The notes below the pieces were generated by a model. The model did no database searches. It saw only the letters and a program-made list of their open reading frames with translations, and was not told the DNA's origin. Shown piece by piece: positions 15,689-25,463 of a DNA stretch of 36,614 bases. Made by a program: the position numbers and the translations under genes. The DNA is taken from contig JBDRCZ010000053.1 in the NCBI GenBank assembly GCA_043821285.1, positions 1-36,614 of the forward strand, read 5' to 3'. Source of the stretch: Candidatus Omnitrophota bacterium. Its GTDB lineage: Bacteria > Omnitrophota > Gorgyraeia > B26-G9 > JBDRCZ01. Every line of letters begins with the position of its first letter. Within the stretch, counting starts at the first letter, position 1.

Positions 15689-16687
15689 TTATTTTCTCCG
15701 CGGAACTATAATGGGGCAAATCAACAACAAAACAAACGCCACAAAGAGTGGTATCTGAAACCGCTCTTCATACTGCTTTCGCATCTTACTTTCCAACTCT
15801 CGCTTTTCCATTTTAGCGAGTTTTTGTTCATAAATCAAATCCAACCCGAATTCCGCGCCTCTGGCGCGCACATAACTGCCGCCGGTATTTAAGGCAATCT
15901 TTTGTAATGTAACCTCATCCAAACGCGTCTTAACCACATTACCCTGTTTATCCTTAAGAAACGATTTATTTCCGCTTTCATCGGTTATCGGAATAAGCTC
16001 TCCTTCATTAGTCCCGATACCGATACAAAATATTTTTATCTCCTCTTTTTTCGCCTCTTCCGCTGCTTTAACCGGGTCGCCCGCATGATCTTCGCCGTCA
16101 GTAATCAGCACGAGAATTTTATATTTCTTCTGCCCGCCCTCATAACTTTTAACTGCCTCTCTTATTGCGCTGGAAATTGAAGTACCTCCTTTAGGGATTA
16201 TCTCCGTATTAAGATTATCCAAAGAAAGCAAAAACCCGTTATAATCTACGGTTAACGGACACTGCAAAAACGCACTACCTGAAAAGGCAATCAAGCCAAT
16301 TCTATCCCCTTTTAGTTTTTTTAGCAAATCCAGCACCGCCATTTTTGAACGCTTTAGCCGATTCGGCTTCACATCTTCCGCAAGCATACTCCGGGAAGTA
16401 TCAATTGCAATCAAAATATCCAACCCGCTTCTTTTCACCTCTTCCCAATGAAACCCCCACTGCGGCCGCATTAAGGCCAGACAACAAAAAACAAGCGCTA
16501 AAAAAGTAAGAATTATTTTTAACCTTTCCTTCTTTCGGTTCAAAGAAACCAACAATTCATTCAGCAGTTCTTTATCGGCAAAGCGTTCCAAAAGTCTTTG
16601 CTTTTTTCTAACCGCCCATAAATAAAAAACTGCTAACGCAAAAACCAGCCACAACATATACACCGCATTTATATTAGCAAATCTCAT
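15689..16687 (-). CDS. BatB-like vWA-domain membrane protein
   Basis: Two N-terminal TM segments are present. The vWA MIDAS motif is …LIAIDTSRSMLAEDVKPNRL…. Further vWA blocks are …IGLIAFSGSAF…LTVD… and …ILVLITDGEDH…. Confidence 0.85.
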   Translation of the reverse strand: MRFANINAVYMLWLVFALAVFYLWAVRKKQRLLERFADKELLNELLVSLNRKKERLKIILTFLALVFCCLALMRPQWGFHWEEVKRSGLDILIAIDTSRSMLAEDVKPNRLKRSKMAVLDLLKKLKGDRIGLIAFSGSAFLQCPLTVDYNGFLLSLDNLNTEIIPKGGTSISSAIREAVKSYEGGQKKYKILVLITDGEDHAGDPVKAAEEAKKEEIKIFCIGIGTNEGELIPITDESGNKSFLKDKQGNVVKTRLDEVTLQKIALNTGGSYVRARGAEFGLDLIYEQKLAKMEKRELESKMRKQYEERFQIPLFVAFVLLLICPIIVPRRK

Positions 16688-16821
16688 ATCACACCTAATC
16701 TAAACATTTGTGGTTTTCTGTTTTTTTAACCACCGAGAACACAAAGTCCACAGAGAAATTTTATAAGTAACCTTTGCATTCTATATTTTAATACTTTTAC
16801 ATTGTTTTATATCTACTACAC

Positions 16822-16905
16822 TTTCACCACTAATTACACGAATTGTCACGAATAAAATAAATATACCCTATTCGTGTAACTCTGTGTTATCCGTGGTTTA
16901 AAAAT
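16822..16905. repeat. Palindromic CACGAAT element copy
   Basis: The sequence is ccactaattacacgaattgtcacgaataaaataaatataccctattcgtgtaactctgtgttatccgtggtttaaaa. It has the same architecture as the 14207-14288 copy. Confidence 0.75.
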
Positions 16906-17212
16906 ATCTTTTAGTCTTATCTTTTTTATCCGCAGCTCTATTTTATTTTTTAGCTACGCTACACGGATAAAACACGGATTTTTTAATAATAAAATCTTAA
17001 ACTATTTTCTGACAAGATGAACACGATTTACAAGATTTTTAAATATATTTATTTTTATCCTTTTATCCTGTTTACCTCGTTAGAAAATGCCAACTTACCC
17101 TATTAAAAAAATAAACCCTTCCAACATGATTATTACAAAACGTTTTTACTGACAATGTTATCTTTATTATTTTCTAACGGGGTTTATCGTGTTAATCTTG
17201 TCTATGTTTTTT

Positions 17213-17303
17213 TTCATTCGTGTCAATTGGTGTTATTCGTGGTTAAAACGTTTTTAGTTTCGTCTTTTCTTATCCGTGTTCAATTCGTGTCTATCCGTGG
17301 TTC
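17213..17303. repeat. CACGAAT-family right arm plus the TCCGTGTTCAATYCGTG variant
   Basis: The sequence ttttcattcgtgtcaattggtgttattcgtggttaaaa is followed by tatccgtgttcaattcgtgtctatccgtggttctg. Confidence 0.65.
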
Positions 17304-17328
17304 TGTAATTGCATTTCGCGTTGTCAAT

Positions 17329-18324
17329 TCAGGGTATTCTTCTCAGCACCGTATTACCCAACACAATCTCTAAACATATCAAAACCACCGCCGGAATCAA
17401 AAACAAATAAAACAACTCTTTATACTCCATATACCCTTTTTCTTCAATCGGAGTTTTTTCCAGCTTATCGATTGTTTTATAAATCTCGCGCAAAGACTGC
17501 GTATCCGTTGCTCTAAAATACTGCGCATTAGTTTTCGCGGCAATTTTGATTAAACTATCTTCGTCGATATCTATTTCAACAGACTGATATACAGTATTTC
17601 CAAAAAAATCTCTTGCCGGATAAGGCACCAGGCCTTTACTTCCTGCACCAATAGTATAAACCTTCACCTTTAGTGCCTGCGCGGCCTCAGCCGCGGTAAA
17701 CGGCGAGACCTTACCGGAATTATTCCTGCCGTCAGTAAGTAAAATTACCACCTTACCTTTGGCTTTTGTATCTTTCAGCCGGTCCAAAGACGACATTATC
17801 CCTGAGCCAACCGCGGTACCATCTTCGACCATACCGATTTTTACCCTTTCTAAATTCTGCAGCAGCCAGCCATAGTCTAAGGTAAGCGGGCAAACCGTAT
17901 AGGCACGGGAGCCAAAGACCACCAGTCCAATACGGTCATACTGCCGGCCGTTTATAAAATCAGTAACTACGTCTTTAACAACCTCCAGCCGGTTTTGCCG
18001 CTTATTCCCCAGTTTAAAATCCTCCGCCAGCATACTTGTAGACACATCAACTGCGAGCACAATGTCAATCCCCTCGGTTATAATCCTGGTTTCTTCCAAT
18101 GCCGACTGCGGACGAGCTAAGGCAATTACAATCAACAAAAGGGCGGCGATGCGTAAAAATATAATATTTTTACTTAATCTTACCTTAAAAGACGGTTTAA
18201 GCCCCTGCAGCAACTCACCCGAAGAAAAAATCACTGCCGGTTCTCTTTTTCTACGTTTCTGATAATATCCCGCAGCTAATACCAGCAGCAATAATATTAA
18301 AATCCAGGGATCATTAAAATGCAT
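17329..18324 (-). CDS. BatA-like vWA-domain membrane protein
   Basis: TM segments lie at the N- and C-termini. The vWA MIDAS motif is …VLAVDVSTSMLAEDFKLGNKRQNRL…. Further vWA blocks are …IGLVVFGSRAYTVCPLTLD… and …VVILLTDGRNN…. Confidence 0.85.
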   Translation of the reverse strand: MHFNDPWILILLLLVLAAGYYQKRRKREPAVIFSSGELLQGLKPSFKVRLSKNIIFLRIAALLLIVIALARPQSALEETRIITEGIDIVLAVDVSTSMLAEDFKLGNKRQNRLEVVKDVVTDFINGRQYDRIGLVVFGSRAYTVCPLTLDYGWLLQNLERVKIGMVEDGTAVGSGIMSSLDRLKDTKAKGKVVILLTDGRNNSGKVSPFTAAEAAQALKVKVYTIGAGSKGLVPYPARDFFGNTVYQSVEIDIDEDSLIKIAAKTNAQYFRATDTQSLREIYKTIDKLEKTPIEEKGYMEYKELFYLFLIPAVVLICLEIVLGNTVLRRIP

Positions 18325-18514
18325 TATAAATAATCCTTTGTTGGTTTTGTCAAAAACTACCGATATTTAATAAACATCCATAGGTTACAGGCAATCATAG
18401 ATGCCAAAGAGAAAAACGTTTGTTGGATACGGTTACGACTCTCCGCCAATTCCTTCATAAAGATTAGCTGATCTATGACTTTGTAATGAAAAATTATAAA
18501 TAAAAAAGTTCTCT

Positions 18515-19568
18515 TTATATTGCGGTACCCAACCTGTCCTGAGTAAAACAAGGAGAAAATTTTAAAAGGTGTTGATTTTTGGTTAAATATTCCTTAACCT
18601 TTTCCCTCATATGCACATAACCTTGCGCCAAAAAACCTCCGGTTCCACAACAAGGATCATAAACCGTCTCACCAACGTTAGGATCAATAACCTTAACCAT
18701 TATGCGAATAACTTCTCGCGGAGTAAAAAATTGGCCTCCGTCATTATTCTTAGCGCCCATATTCAGAAGCAAACCTTCATAAACTTGAGACAAAGTAAAC
18801 ATATGCGTATCGTCAACCTGCTCAATGGAAAGTTGATTAATCTTATCTAAAATATCCCAAAGGTTTCTTTCGGTATCAATACCGGTTTTCTCCACCGAAG
18901 AGAATACCTCACTAATTACCTTTTGACGAGATGTTGCGCCAGTCCTTTTCTCTAATTCTCTTAAATGAAGAATAAGCTCGCCATTGACAAAAGACATAAA
19001 CCGTTCTATTTTTGCCCTGGGCAATTTTCTCTAAGACCGCGCGTATGGCAGCGTCTTGATAATAACGCCTACTTGCCTCGCCACGTGTATATGGAACCAG
19101 AAGAGGCTTTGTCTTTTCGCTATCAAGAGAAAACCCCATTCCTTTTTCGTAACGGGAGCGTAATTCCTCTGGGGTAGGAATTTTATCTATGACTAAGGGT
19201 TCAGATGTTTTGCCGGTAAAACTATCGTATTCTACAAATAAATCTCCGTTACAAGAAAAAACAAAAGGCACATTATTCAACCGTGCATATTTCTTGGCCT
19301 GTTCAAGACCTTTATCTACTGGCTCATCACTCTTTTTAGCTTCGATTAAAGCAATAGAAATTGGCTGAGAGCTAATATTGACCCGGATCCGCAACAGATA
19401 ATCGGTTCTCCCCTTTTGTTTACGCCGAGGCTGACCTTTAATAATTTCAACTCCTCTTTCAGTTTCTTCGCGCCTGATAAGGTCTTCAGTCCAACCTCTT
19501 TTATGAAGCGCTGAATCGATAAATTTTGCCCTGGTATCTGCTTCGCTCAAATATTCTGCGTTATTCAT
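18515..19568 (-). pseudogene. Remnant of a restriction-modification gene. An HsdR-N/Mrr-like nuclease N-domain is joined to the N-terminal part of an N6-adenine methyltransferase. It is frameshifted and truncated at the 3' end.
   Basis: ORF 18912..19568 reads MNNAEYLSEADTRAKFIDSALHKRGW…RRYYQDAAIRAVLEKIAQGKNR, an HsdR N-terminal signature. The overlapping ORF 18515..19024 (TTG start) reads …GGQFFTPREVIRIMVKVIDPNVGETVYDPCCGTGGFLAQ, which is MTase motifs X and I. It then stops. No NPPY motif or target-recognition domain follows. The two frames can be joined at the A5 run in GGCAAAAATAG. Confidence 0.6.
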
Positions 19569-19885
19569 CTTTTATCAATCCCTCATCCGCAAAACTATAA
19601 TAATTATCATCTCCGATTATAACGTGATCCAGATAATTATTTATTCGTCCTCTTTACTTATGATTTTTCCACCACAATACCGGTAGATATTCAATCCTAC
19701 ACAAGGTGCTGGTGGCGTTCCGGTTCGTTGTCCGGTTAATTTTGTGTTTACTTCAAGGCTTATGTTTGCCTTGCCTTCCAATGCATCGAAAAACCGCCAG
19801 CCGGATTCTTCCAATAACTTATTTTTTTATATGCGTGCTTTTGCCTCTTTTGCCATCCGCTATCTTCCATTCCAACAATTTTGGG

Positions 19886-20461
19886 TCAAAGCATATCCGA
19901 TAAATCTACGGGAGCACGCATCCCTGCTGTAGCTTCTTCTTTATCAAAATGCTCCGGCTCAAAATCTCCCGCCCATCCTTTCATTTCTTCATATTCTTCA
20001 TGTTTAGGGTCGGCGAGTATTTTAAGCAATTGGTAATATCCGGGTGTTGATCCACAATCTTCCGGTGGACACGCGCGGGCGCCGTCAATACAACAAGGAT
20101 ATTTCATTCCTTTCCGTACAGGCTCTATTGCTTCCAAGATTATCGTATGCTCCCAACTATCACCAAAGTCATATGTATAGCTGAGTTTTGTCTTATCCTT
20201 AGAAAAATAATCGCTGATTTTCTTATCCTTTTCATTCCATTGTGGCGGGTCTCCAAATTCACACGCTTCCTCGCTTGCATCGCCTATTCTGAAATTTCCG
20301 GCATTGAATTCATGTAAATGTGAATTTGTCCAGCCCATCGCTTCCTGTATCATAAGATGAAACTGATAGAACGTAATATCGCTCTTAACCTCTATCATTC
20401 TCCATAGTTGAGGTAAAATATCATCAAGAACAATCTTAAACCGAAATATTTGCTTTGCCAT
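19886..20461 (-). CDS. Plasmid pRiA4b ORF-3 family protein
   Basis: Family motifs are present: …LWRMIEVKSDITFYQFHLMIQEAMGWTNSHLHEF…YTYDFGDSWEHTIILE… and the C-terminal …CIDGARACPPEDCGSTPGYYQLL. An AAAAGGAGGTG ribosome-binding site is present. Confidence 0.75.
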   Translation of the reverse strand: MAKQIFRFKIVLDDILPQLWRMIEVKSDITFYQFHLMIQEAMGWTNSHLHEFNAGNFRIGDASEEACEFGDPPQWNEKDKKISDYFSKDKTKLSYTYDFGDSWEHTIILEAIEPVRKGMKYPCCIDGARACPPEDCGSTPGYYQLLKILADPKHEEYEEMKGWAGDFEPEHFDKEEATAGMRAPVDLSDML

Positions 20462-20755
20462 ACATCCACCTCCTTTTTAAATCAAATGAAACATTATTCG
20501 TGCCATTTATCCGCGATAAATCCGTCATATTTGTGAATATTCCGCCAAATATAATTCCGCCACAAGATCGAATATCCGCCATCGTATTAGTGGAGGACAC
20601 TGGCAGGCAGACAAATGCTCTGCCCACCAACCGGTAAGTAAACTACTTCGAATCTTTTAATCTTCAAATCTTAGAATCTTCCAATCTTGTAATATTCGAA
20701 TTTTCTATGCTCAATACTCGATACGCAATACACATTACTAACTAAATCTTCATAC

Positions 20756-21778
20756 TTAAAATATTACTTCCTTCGTCTGCTCGACAAACACCCTGGCGGA
20801 ATCATAACTCGCATCAATCTCTGTTTCGGTTGGCCCATACTCGGCGAACTTTACCAAATCACAATGAGAAAGAAACGTTCTTAAGAGCCCCTTTTGTTCT
20901 ATTGAGAGCGTATTAGCATCTTTCACCTTTATTAAAAACTCCTCAGTGGTCATCTCTGGGGCGCGCAGCTCAAAGCGGTTTTCCAGGTAATGCCTAATAA
21001 TATCCGAAAGCCGCTGATGGTACTCTTTAATCCGGCCTTGCGGGACAAGTTGTTCTTGTCTGAGAATTTCCAAGTCTCGATAAGCTATTTCGTGCGCTGG
21101 CGGCGGAGGGATAATCTCATTTTTTTTCTTTTTCCTGGCCAAATAAATAACCAGCCCGGAGATAATCACAAGCACCAGCAAACCACCTATCAGATAAGAT
21201 GATATTTTTCGCGGAAAACGAACCGGGCCTTTAATATCGCGAATTTCCGCGGCATTCTTTGCCTTTTCCAAGACACTCTTAACCTCTATTTCTACCTCAT
21301 CTGTTTCAATCTCCTGCCATTCATCCCTGCCTTTTAATTTATACTTTACTACGGTTTTAGGGATTGTATACTTACCACTGGTATACGTATCTAAAACATA
21401 CCACTGTTGATAAGTAATTTTCCTAAAAAACTTTTTCTCAGAAGAACCAAAATCACGAATAGCAAAACCCGCAAGATTATCGGCAAATTTCGGCAGTTCA
21501 ACTTCTACACTATCTTTTGCCTGGACAACAATGGTATATTTTATCTTATCCCCGATAAAAACCGCATTTTTATCAACCCTGGCCTCAACCTGAACAATAC
21601 TCTGTTTCTTACCTACCTTCACATCCTGATTAGCGGCAAAAACAGGAGTAAAAAAAAGGAGTAAAAAAAGACATATTTTTATCACAGTTTTAATTAGGTC
21701 TATCTTCATATTGTCTGCTTCTTTGATAAACGACAGCCTTTGTCGTTCATCGTTATAAGTAATTATTTTTCCCGCCAA
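20756..21778 (-). CDS. Membrane protein with a signal peptide, an extracytoplasmic domain, a single TM and a cytoplasmic tail. It resembles the tail region of BatD.
   Basis: A signal peptide (ICLFLLLFFTPVFAA) is followed by a mid-protein TM (YLIGGLLVLVIISGLVIYLA) and a polybasic stretch. A poly-Pro linker comes next. The tail motif …FLSHCDLVKFAEYGP… resembles the BatD tail …FQDCDILRYSS…. Confidence 0.55.
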   Translation of the reverse strand: MAGKIITYNDERQRLSFIKEADNMKIDLIKTVIKICLFLLLFFTPVFAANQDVKVGKKQSIVQVEARVDKNAVFIGDKIKYTIVVQAKDSVEVELPKFADNLAGFAIRDFGSSEKKFFRKITYQQWYVLDTYTSGKYTIPKTVVKYKLKGRDEWQEIETDEVEIEVKSVLEKAKNAAEIRDIKGPVRFPRKISSYLIGGLLVLVIISGLVIYLARKKKKNEIIPPPPAHEIAYRDLEILRQEQLVPQGRIKEYHQRLSDIIRHYLENRFELRAPEMTTEEFLIKVKDANTLSIEQKGLLRTFLSHCDLVKFAEYGPTETEIDASYDSARVFVEQTKEVIF

Positions 21779-21876
21779 GACGCAAAGTTCGCAAAGATTT
21801 TTTAACTACAGATGATCGCCGATAAAAAAATACCGGTGATCACAGATTGTAAAACAACATTTAAGCATTTTTTTAG

Positions 21877-21972
21877 CCACGGATTCACACGGATAAACGA
21901 CAGACTTTTTAATAATCAATTTGTTTAACCTCATTTTTTATCAGTGTTCAATCCGTGAAAATCTGTGGTTTT
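21877..21972. repeat. CACGGAT-variant palindromic element
   Basis: The left part is ccacggattcacacggataaac. The right part is cagtgttcaatccgtgaaaatctgtgg, an inverted arrangement of the same heptamers. Confidence 0.65.
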
Positions 21973-22325
21973 GTCTTTTCTTTTACTTTGCAACACGTTG
22001 CATCATTTCTTGTAACCCAGATAAGAAAGAATCTATTTTCTAACAACAAATAGCACAAATATAAAATCTGATTTTATAATTTATTCATGTAAGAAGACCC
22101 AGCATTATTCGTTATTTTATCTTATTACAAATTAATGCGCAAGAAAAAATTTGGTAGGTGTGTATTTCTCCCTTGGAATTTTAATGCATATTCAGGACAC
22201 AATGTACATTAAAAAAGGAACTAAATGGCTGTTTGTATTTCTTCACCAGCCTTATGTAATTCTCCGATGGTGGGGGTTACTGGCTGTATAGTGCACTAAA
22301 GCAGGGTCTATATATTGTTTAACAG

Positions 22326-23552
22326 CTATCTGTGGAGCGTTTCTTCGGGTAACTGTGTTATAAACCGCGTTTTTTCTTTCTTCAATATATCTTGTTGAAC
22401 TGTCTCCTCTGCTCCTTTAAGTTTTTGTATGAAAACATCGATACTATTTGCACTATATGAGATTAATGCCCAATAGGAAGTGATTATCAAAAGGTCTCCT
22501 TTGGCAGAAAAAGAAATAGTATTAAATATATCTGTTTCTTTCACATGAGATAAAACATTCCGCAAAGACTCATCATGGACATTCATAGCAACCGCATAAG
22601 TAGCAATTATCCATTGTTGCTTGAGCTCTTCCGGAATAATATCTCCGAGAACTCTTTTGTAGTACTGTATCACTTTTTTAAGTGACTCATCATGGCCATT
22701 CATAGCAACCTCATAAGTAGCAATTACTAATTGTTTTTTTAGCCTAAAATCAAGTCCTTCTTTTTGCATTCCAAGTGCTTTCAGGTAAATCTTTATCGTC
22801 TCATAAGGAGTAGTGTTAGCTCTTACACAATAAAACGTGGCTATGGCAAGATTTGAACGCAATAACTTTTCTTCCTCATCACTTATATCAAGTTCTCTCA
22901 GATAACCTTCATATATATCTCTTAATTCACCAACCTTTGCTAAGACATACTTTGCTGTAATAATTTGCTTTATTCTTTCTAGAGTAAATCTGCCTTCTAT
23001 CCACCTCCAGTCATATTCCCTGCCGCCAAAGTTCCCATCTATAGGCAAATTATATTTCTCAATCTCTCCTTTATCAGTATATCGTAATGACAATCTTACT
23101 TCATATTCCAACACTAATACCCCGATTAGCCCTTTCTTTGGCTCAATATCAGGATATATCCTTATCTTTATGTCGCCTTCGCATATTTCTCCTGCATATA
23201 CAAGACCGTTTATAAGTGCATGAGCATAGTTCCGTTTTTTCGTTTCTTTGTATTCACGCTCCCAGAATTTCATGAATCTTTTATAACTTGCAGCTTCTGT
23301 TGCAATATCCCCTTCACGTGGAGACGAAACATCTGTTATTAGCTGCTCTGGCATGCGTCCTTGCGTATACAATTTAAATAATTCTTGGACTTCAGGGGTA
23401 TCTGTTTCTACGGCTGGGGCAAGATGGTTGTGCAGGCCTTTTAAACTACCTCCGGCTGCCCAAGAAATATCCATACATAGAAAGGCGTTAATTAATATAA
23501 TTGCAATTATTTTAAATAAAATTTTGGTTTTCATGTTCCACATAATTAACAC
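22326..23552 (-). CDS. Hypothetical secreted or anchored protein with internal tandem repeats of about 38 aa
   Basis: The N-terminal hydrophobic leader is …KIIAIILINAFLCMDISWAAGGSLKGLHNHLAPAV…. The repeats are LKKQLVIATYEVAMNGHDESLKKVIQYY / LKQQWIIATYAVAMNVHDESLRNVLSHV. No family was recognised. Confidence 0.6.
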   Translation of the reverse strand: MLIMWNMKTKILFKIIAIILINAFLCMDISWAAGGSLKGLHNHLAPAVETDTPEVQELFKLYTQGRMPEQLITDVSSPREGDIATEAASYKRFMKFWEREYKETKKRNYAHALINGLVYAGEICEGDIKIRIYPDIEPKKGLIGVLVLEYEVRLSLRYTDKGEIEKYNLPIDGNFGGREYDWRWIEGRFTLERIKQIITAKYVLAKVGELRDIYEGYLRELDISDEEEKLLRSNLAIATFYCVRANTTPYETIKIYLKALGMQKEGLDFRLKKQLVIATYEVAMNGHDESLKKVIQYYKRVLGDIIPEELKQQWIIATYAVAMNVHDESLRNVLSHVKETDIFNTISFSAKGDLLIITSYWALISYSANSIDVFIQKLKGAEETVQQDILKKEKTRFITQLPEETLHR

Positions 23553-23849
23553 CTACGACCAACATAATGATAAATATCCCGCCACAAAGATTGGCGGACA
23601 GGCAAATTCCAAAATCCCCGCCACACCGCATCAGTGGGCAGGCCCTCCACAAAACATCGGCGGGCAGGCAATGAATCTCTAAATAATTCAATCAAAGAAT
23701 CAAAAGGCAAAATGACAATTGAAAATTAAAATATTTTTTTTAACTTTTTCAGTTTTTCTTCGCGGCCTTCGTGGTAAAATTTTATTTTCGTGTGTTTCGT
23801 TTGTTTTTTCTGTAAATAGTAAACACAAAAGTTGACCACGTCAACTTTT

Positions 23850-25463
23850 TTAGATTGCCTGTTCTACCCCTTCTAATTTATTCACCTGCATAGAACCAAG
23901 TCTTTCTGTTAAAGATAAAACACCATGTAAGATATGTGATAGAATTGTGCGTGATAAACTATTTTTTTCTATAGGGCGGCCCATTGCTTGCAACAAACAT
24001 CGAGGGCCACCTTTTAGGCACCCGGCAACAATCGACTCAATCGGGAAAATTTGTTCAAAACCTAAATCTCGATATATCTGAGCTACAAATTGGTCTAACT
24101 GTGGTATTTCATATTGCGGTATAATAATAGACCGCTTTATTTTCCCATTCCCCGTATCTGGATAACAATCCATCACTACATTTGTATAATACAGCCCAAA
24201 TGGATTATCGGCAAAATCAATTGGCAAAGCAGGAACCCGGCGGACAGTAATTCCTTCTGCCTCTAAACTTTCCCTCACTCTTTCTAATTCCTGAACATAC
24301 TCAGATTGTTTAGCCTTTTCAATTTCTTCAGGTGTTACATCTAAAAATCCACGTAGTTGCTCGCGGGTAATATTAATAAAAGAACTCGACGCTATATTTT
24401 CAATTACTATCTCTTTTTCTTCTGGAGTGAGTGCAGCAATAATTTCCAGTGCCTTTATAGGATCAGCCAAAAGACTAGTATGCTCCCCATATTTTGTCTT
24501 ACCAATAGGTACGTGATATCGGTCATTATGTATATCAGGGCAGTCTAAAACAATAACTTGCCTTCCTGTTACTGCCTCGATTTTTCTAATAGCTTCCTCT
24601 TCTGTTAGAACCTTTTGACTTGCTATATTATAACAAGAATAATGTACTGTCTGTTTACCTACATACACATACGAACCATCAGCAGTAACATCCCCACCTT
24701 GCATGTCTAATGTCTTATCACTAAAATTATTGTCTACGATTGCATCCCAAGCATCTGTATTCATAATCTGCATGCCTACAGATCTATCAAGCCCTGTCCC
24801 TGCATCGCCCTTTATTGGAACTACAGAATATTGTTTGGTCTTTTGATTTACTAATACAATATATGGGTCTCTTGCCCACGATGAAGAAAATCCTCCCTTC
24901 ATAATAATAAAACGTAACCTCTGCTCTAAATTCTTTATATTTTTTCTTCGAAGTCCTCCCAGTGTTAGAGAAGCGCTGAGTTCAGAATTTGTAACCACTA
25001 TAAGTTTTACATCATCTCTTAATACCTCGGCCAACCTTCCTGCCATAATCGCTCCCATCTCATCCCCAACTTGAAATATAGCTGCTTCCATCATGCTATT
25101 AGAATCAGATACAATTTTAAATTCTGTAAGGTTACTTATCTTATGCGGATTTGTAGGATTGGCAATAAGTTCTGGTGGCACCTTTGGAATGGCAGTCTCT
25201 ATCTTTGACCTCGCCCTATCCAAAAATTCCAAAAGTTTCTTTTTATCAGCAAGCTCCGTTGCTACGTGTGGCACTATGCCGATACCCGCAGCCAACAGGA
25301 ACAGAAAACTTCTCCGTGAGATACAGCCGGTTGTTCGATGCTCCTTCAGTATACTCAACACCTCCCGGTATAGTCTCTCCAGAAAACTTTGAATTCCCTC
25401 AAGTAGTCCCCCCGTGACATTTTTGGCAACGGTAGGCTTGAGATCGGGCCCGGCAACACTCAT
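23850..25463 (-). CDS. Agmatine deiminase / peptidyl-arginine deiminase (PAD_porph-type) family enzyme with a Tat-type signal
   Basis: A twin-arginine motif GCISRRSFLFLLAAGIGIV lies about 45 aa from the annotated start, so the start codon is probably further downstream. A WARDPY block (the agmatine-deiminase WxRD motif) is present. The C-terminal catalytic Cys context is …KGGPRCLLQAM…. Confidence 0.65.
   Translation of the reverse strand: MSVAGPDLKPTVAKNVTGGLLEGIQSFLERLYREVLSILKEHRTTGCISRRSFLFLLAAGIGIVPHVATELADKKKLLEFLDRARSKIETAIPKVPPELIANPTNPHKISNLTEFKIVSDSNSMMEAAIFQVGDEMGAIMAGRLAEVLRDDVKLIVVTNSELSASLTLGGLRRKNIKNLEQRLRFIIMKGGFSSSWARDPYIVLVNQKTKQYSVVPIKGDAGTGLDRSVGMQIMNTDAWDAIVDNNFSDKTLDMQGGDVTADGSYVYVGKQTVHYSCYNIASQKVLTEEEAIRKIEAVTGRQVIVLDCPDIHNDRYHVPIGKTKYGEHTSLLADPIKALEIIAALTPEEKEIVIENIASSSFINITREQLRGFLDVTPEEIEKAKQSEYVQELERVRESLEAEGITVRRVPALPIDFADNPFGLYYTNVVMDCYPDTGNGKIKRSIIIPQYEIPQLDQFVAQIYRDLGFEQIFPIESIVAGCLKGGPRCLLQAMGRPIEKNSLSRTILSHILHGVLSLTERLGSMQVNKLEGVEQAI

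Noticed and set aside
16900-17300. TTATCCGTG / CCACGGATAA words as DnaA boxes (oriC)
   Set aside because: They resemble TTATCCACA only in the first six bases. They occur in many spacers next to non-replication genes, and no dnaA, dnaN or AT-rich unwinding element is nearby.
19645-19815. Start-less minus-strand open frame (…LLEESGWRFFDALEGKANISLEVNTKLTGQ…) upstream of the restriction-modification remnant
   Set aside because: It has no start codon and no recognisable motif. It may be another decayed fragment, but I cannot support a call.
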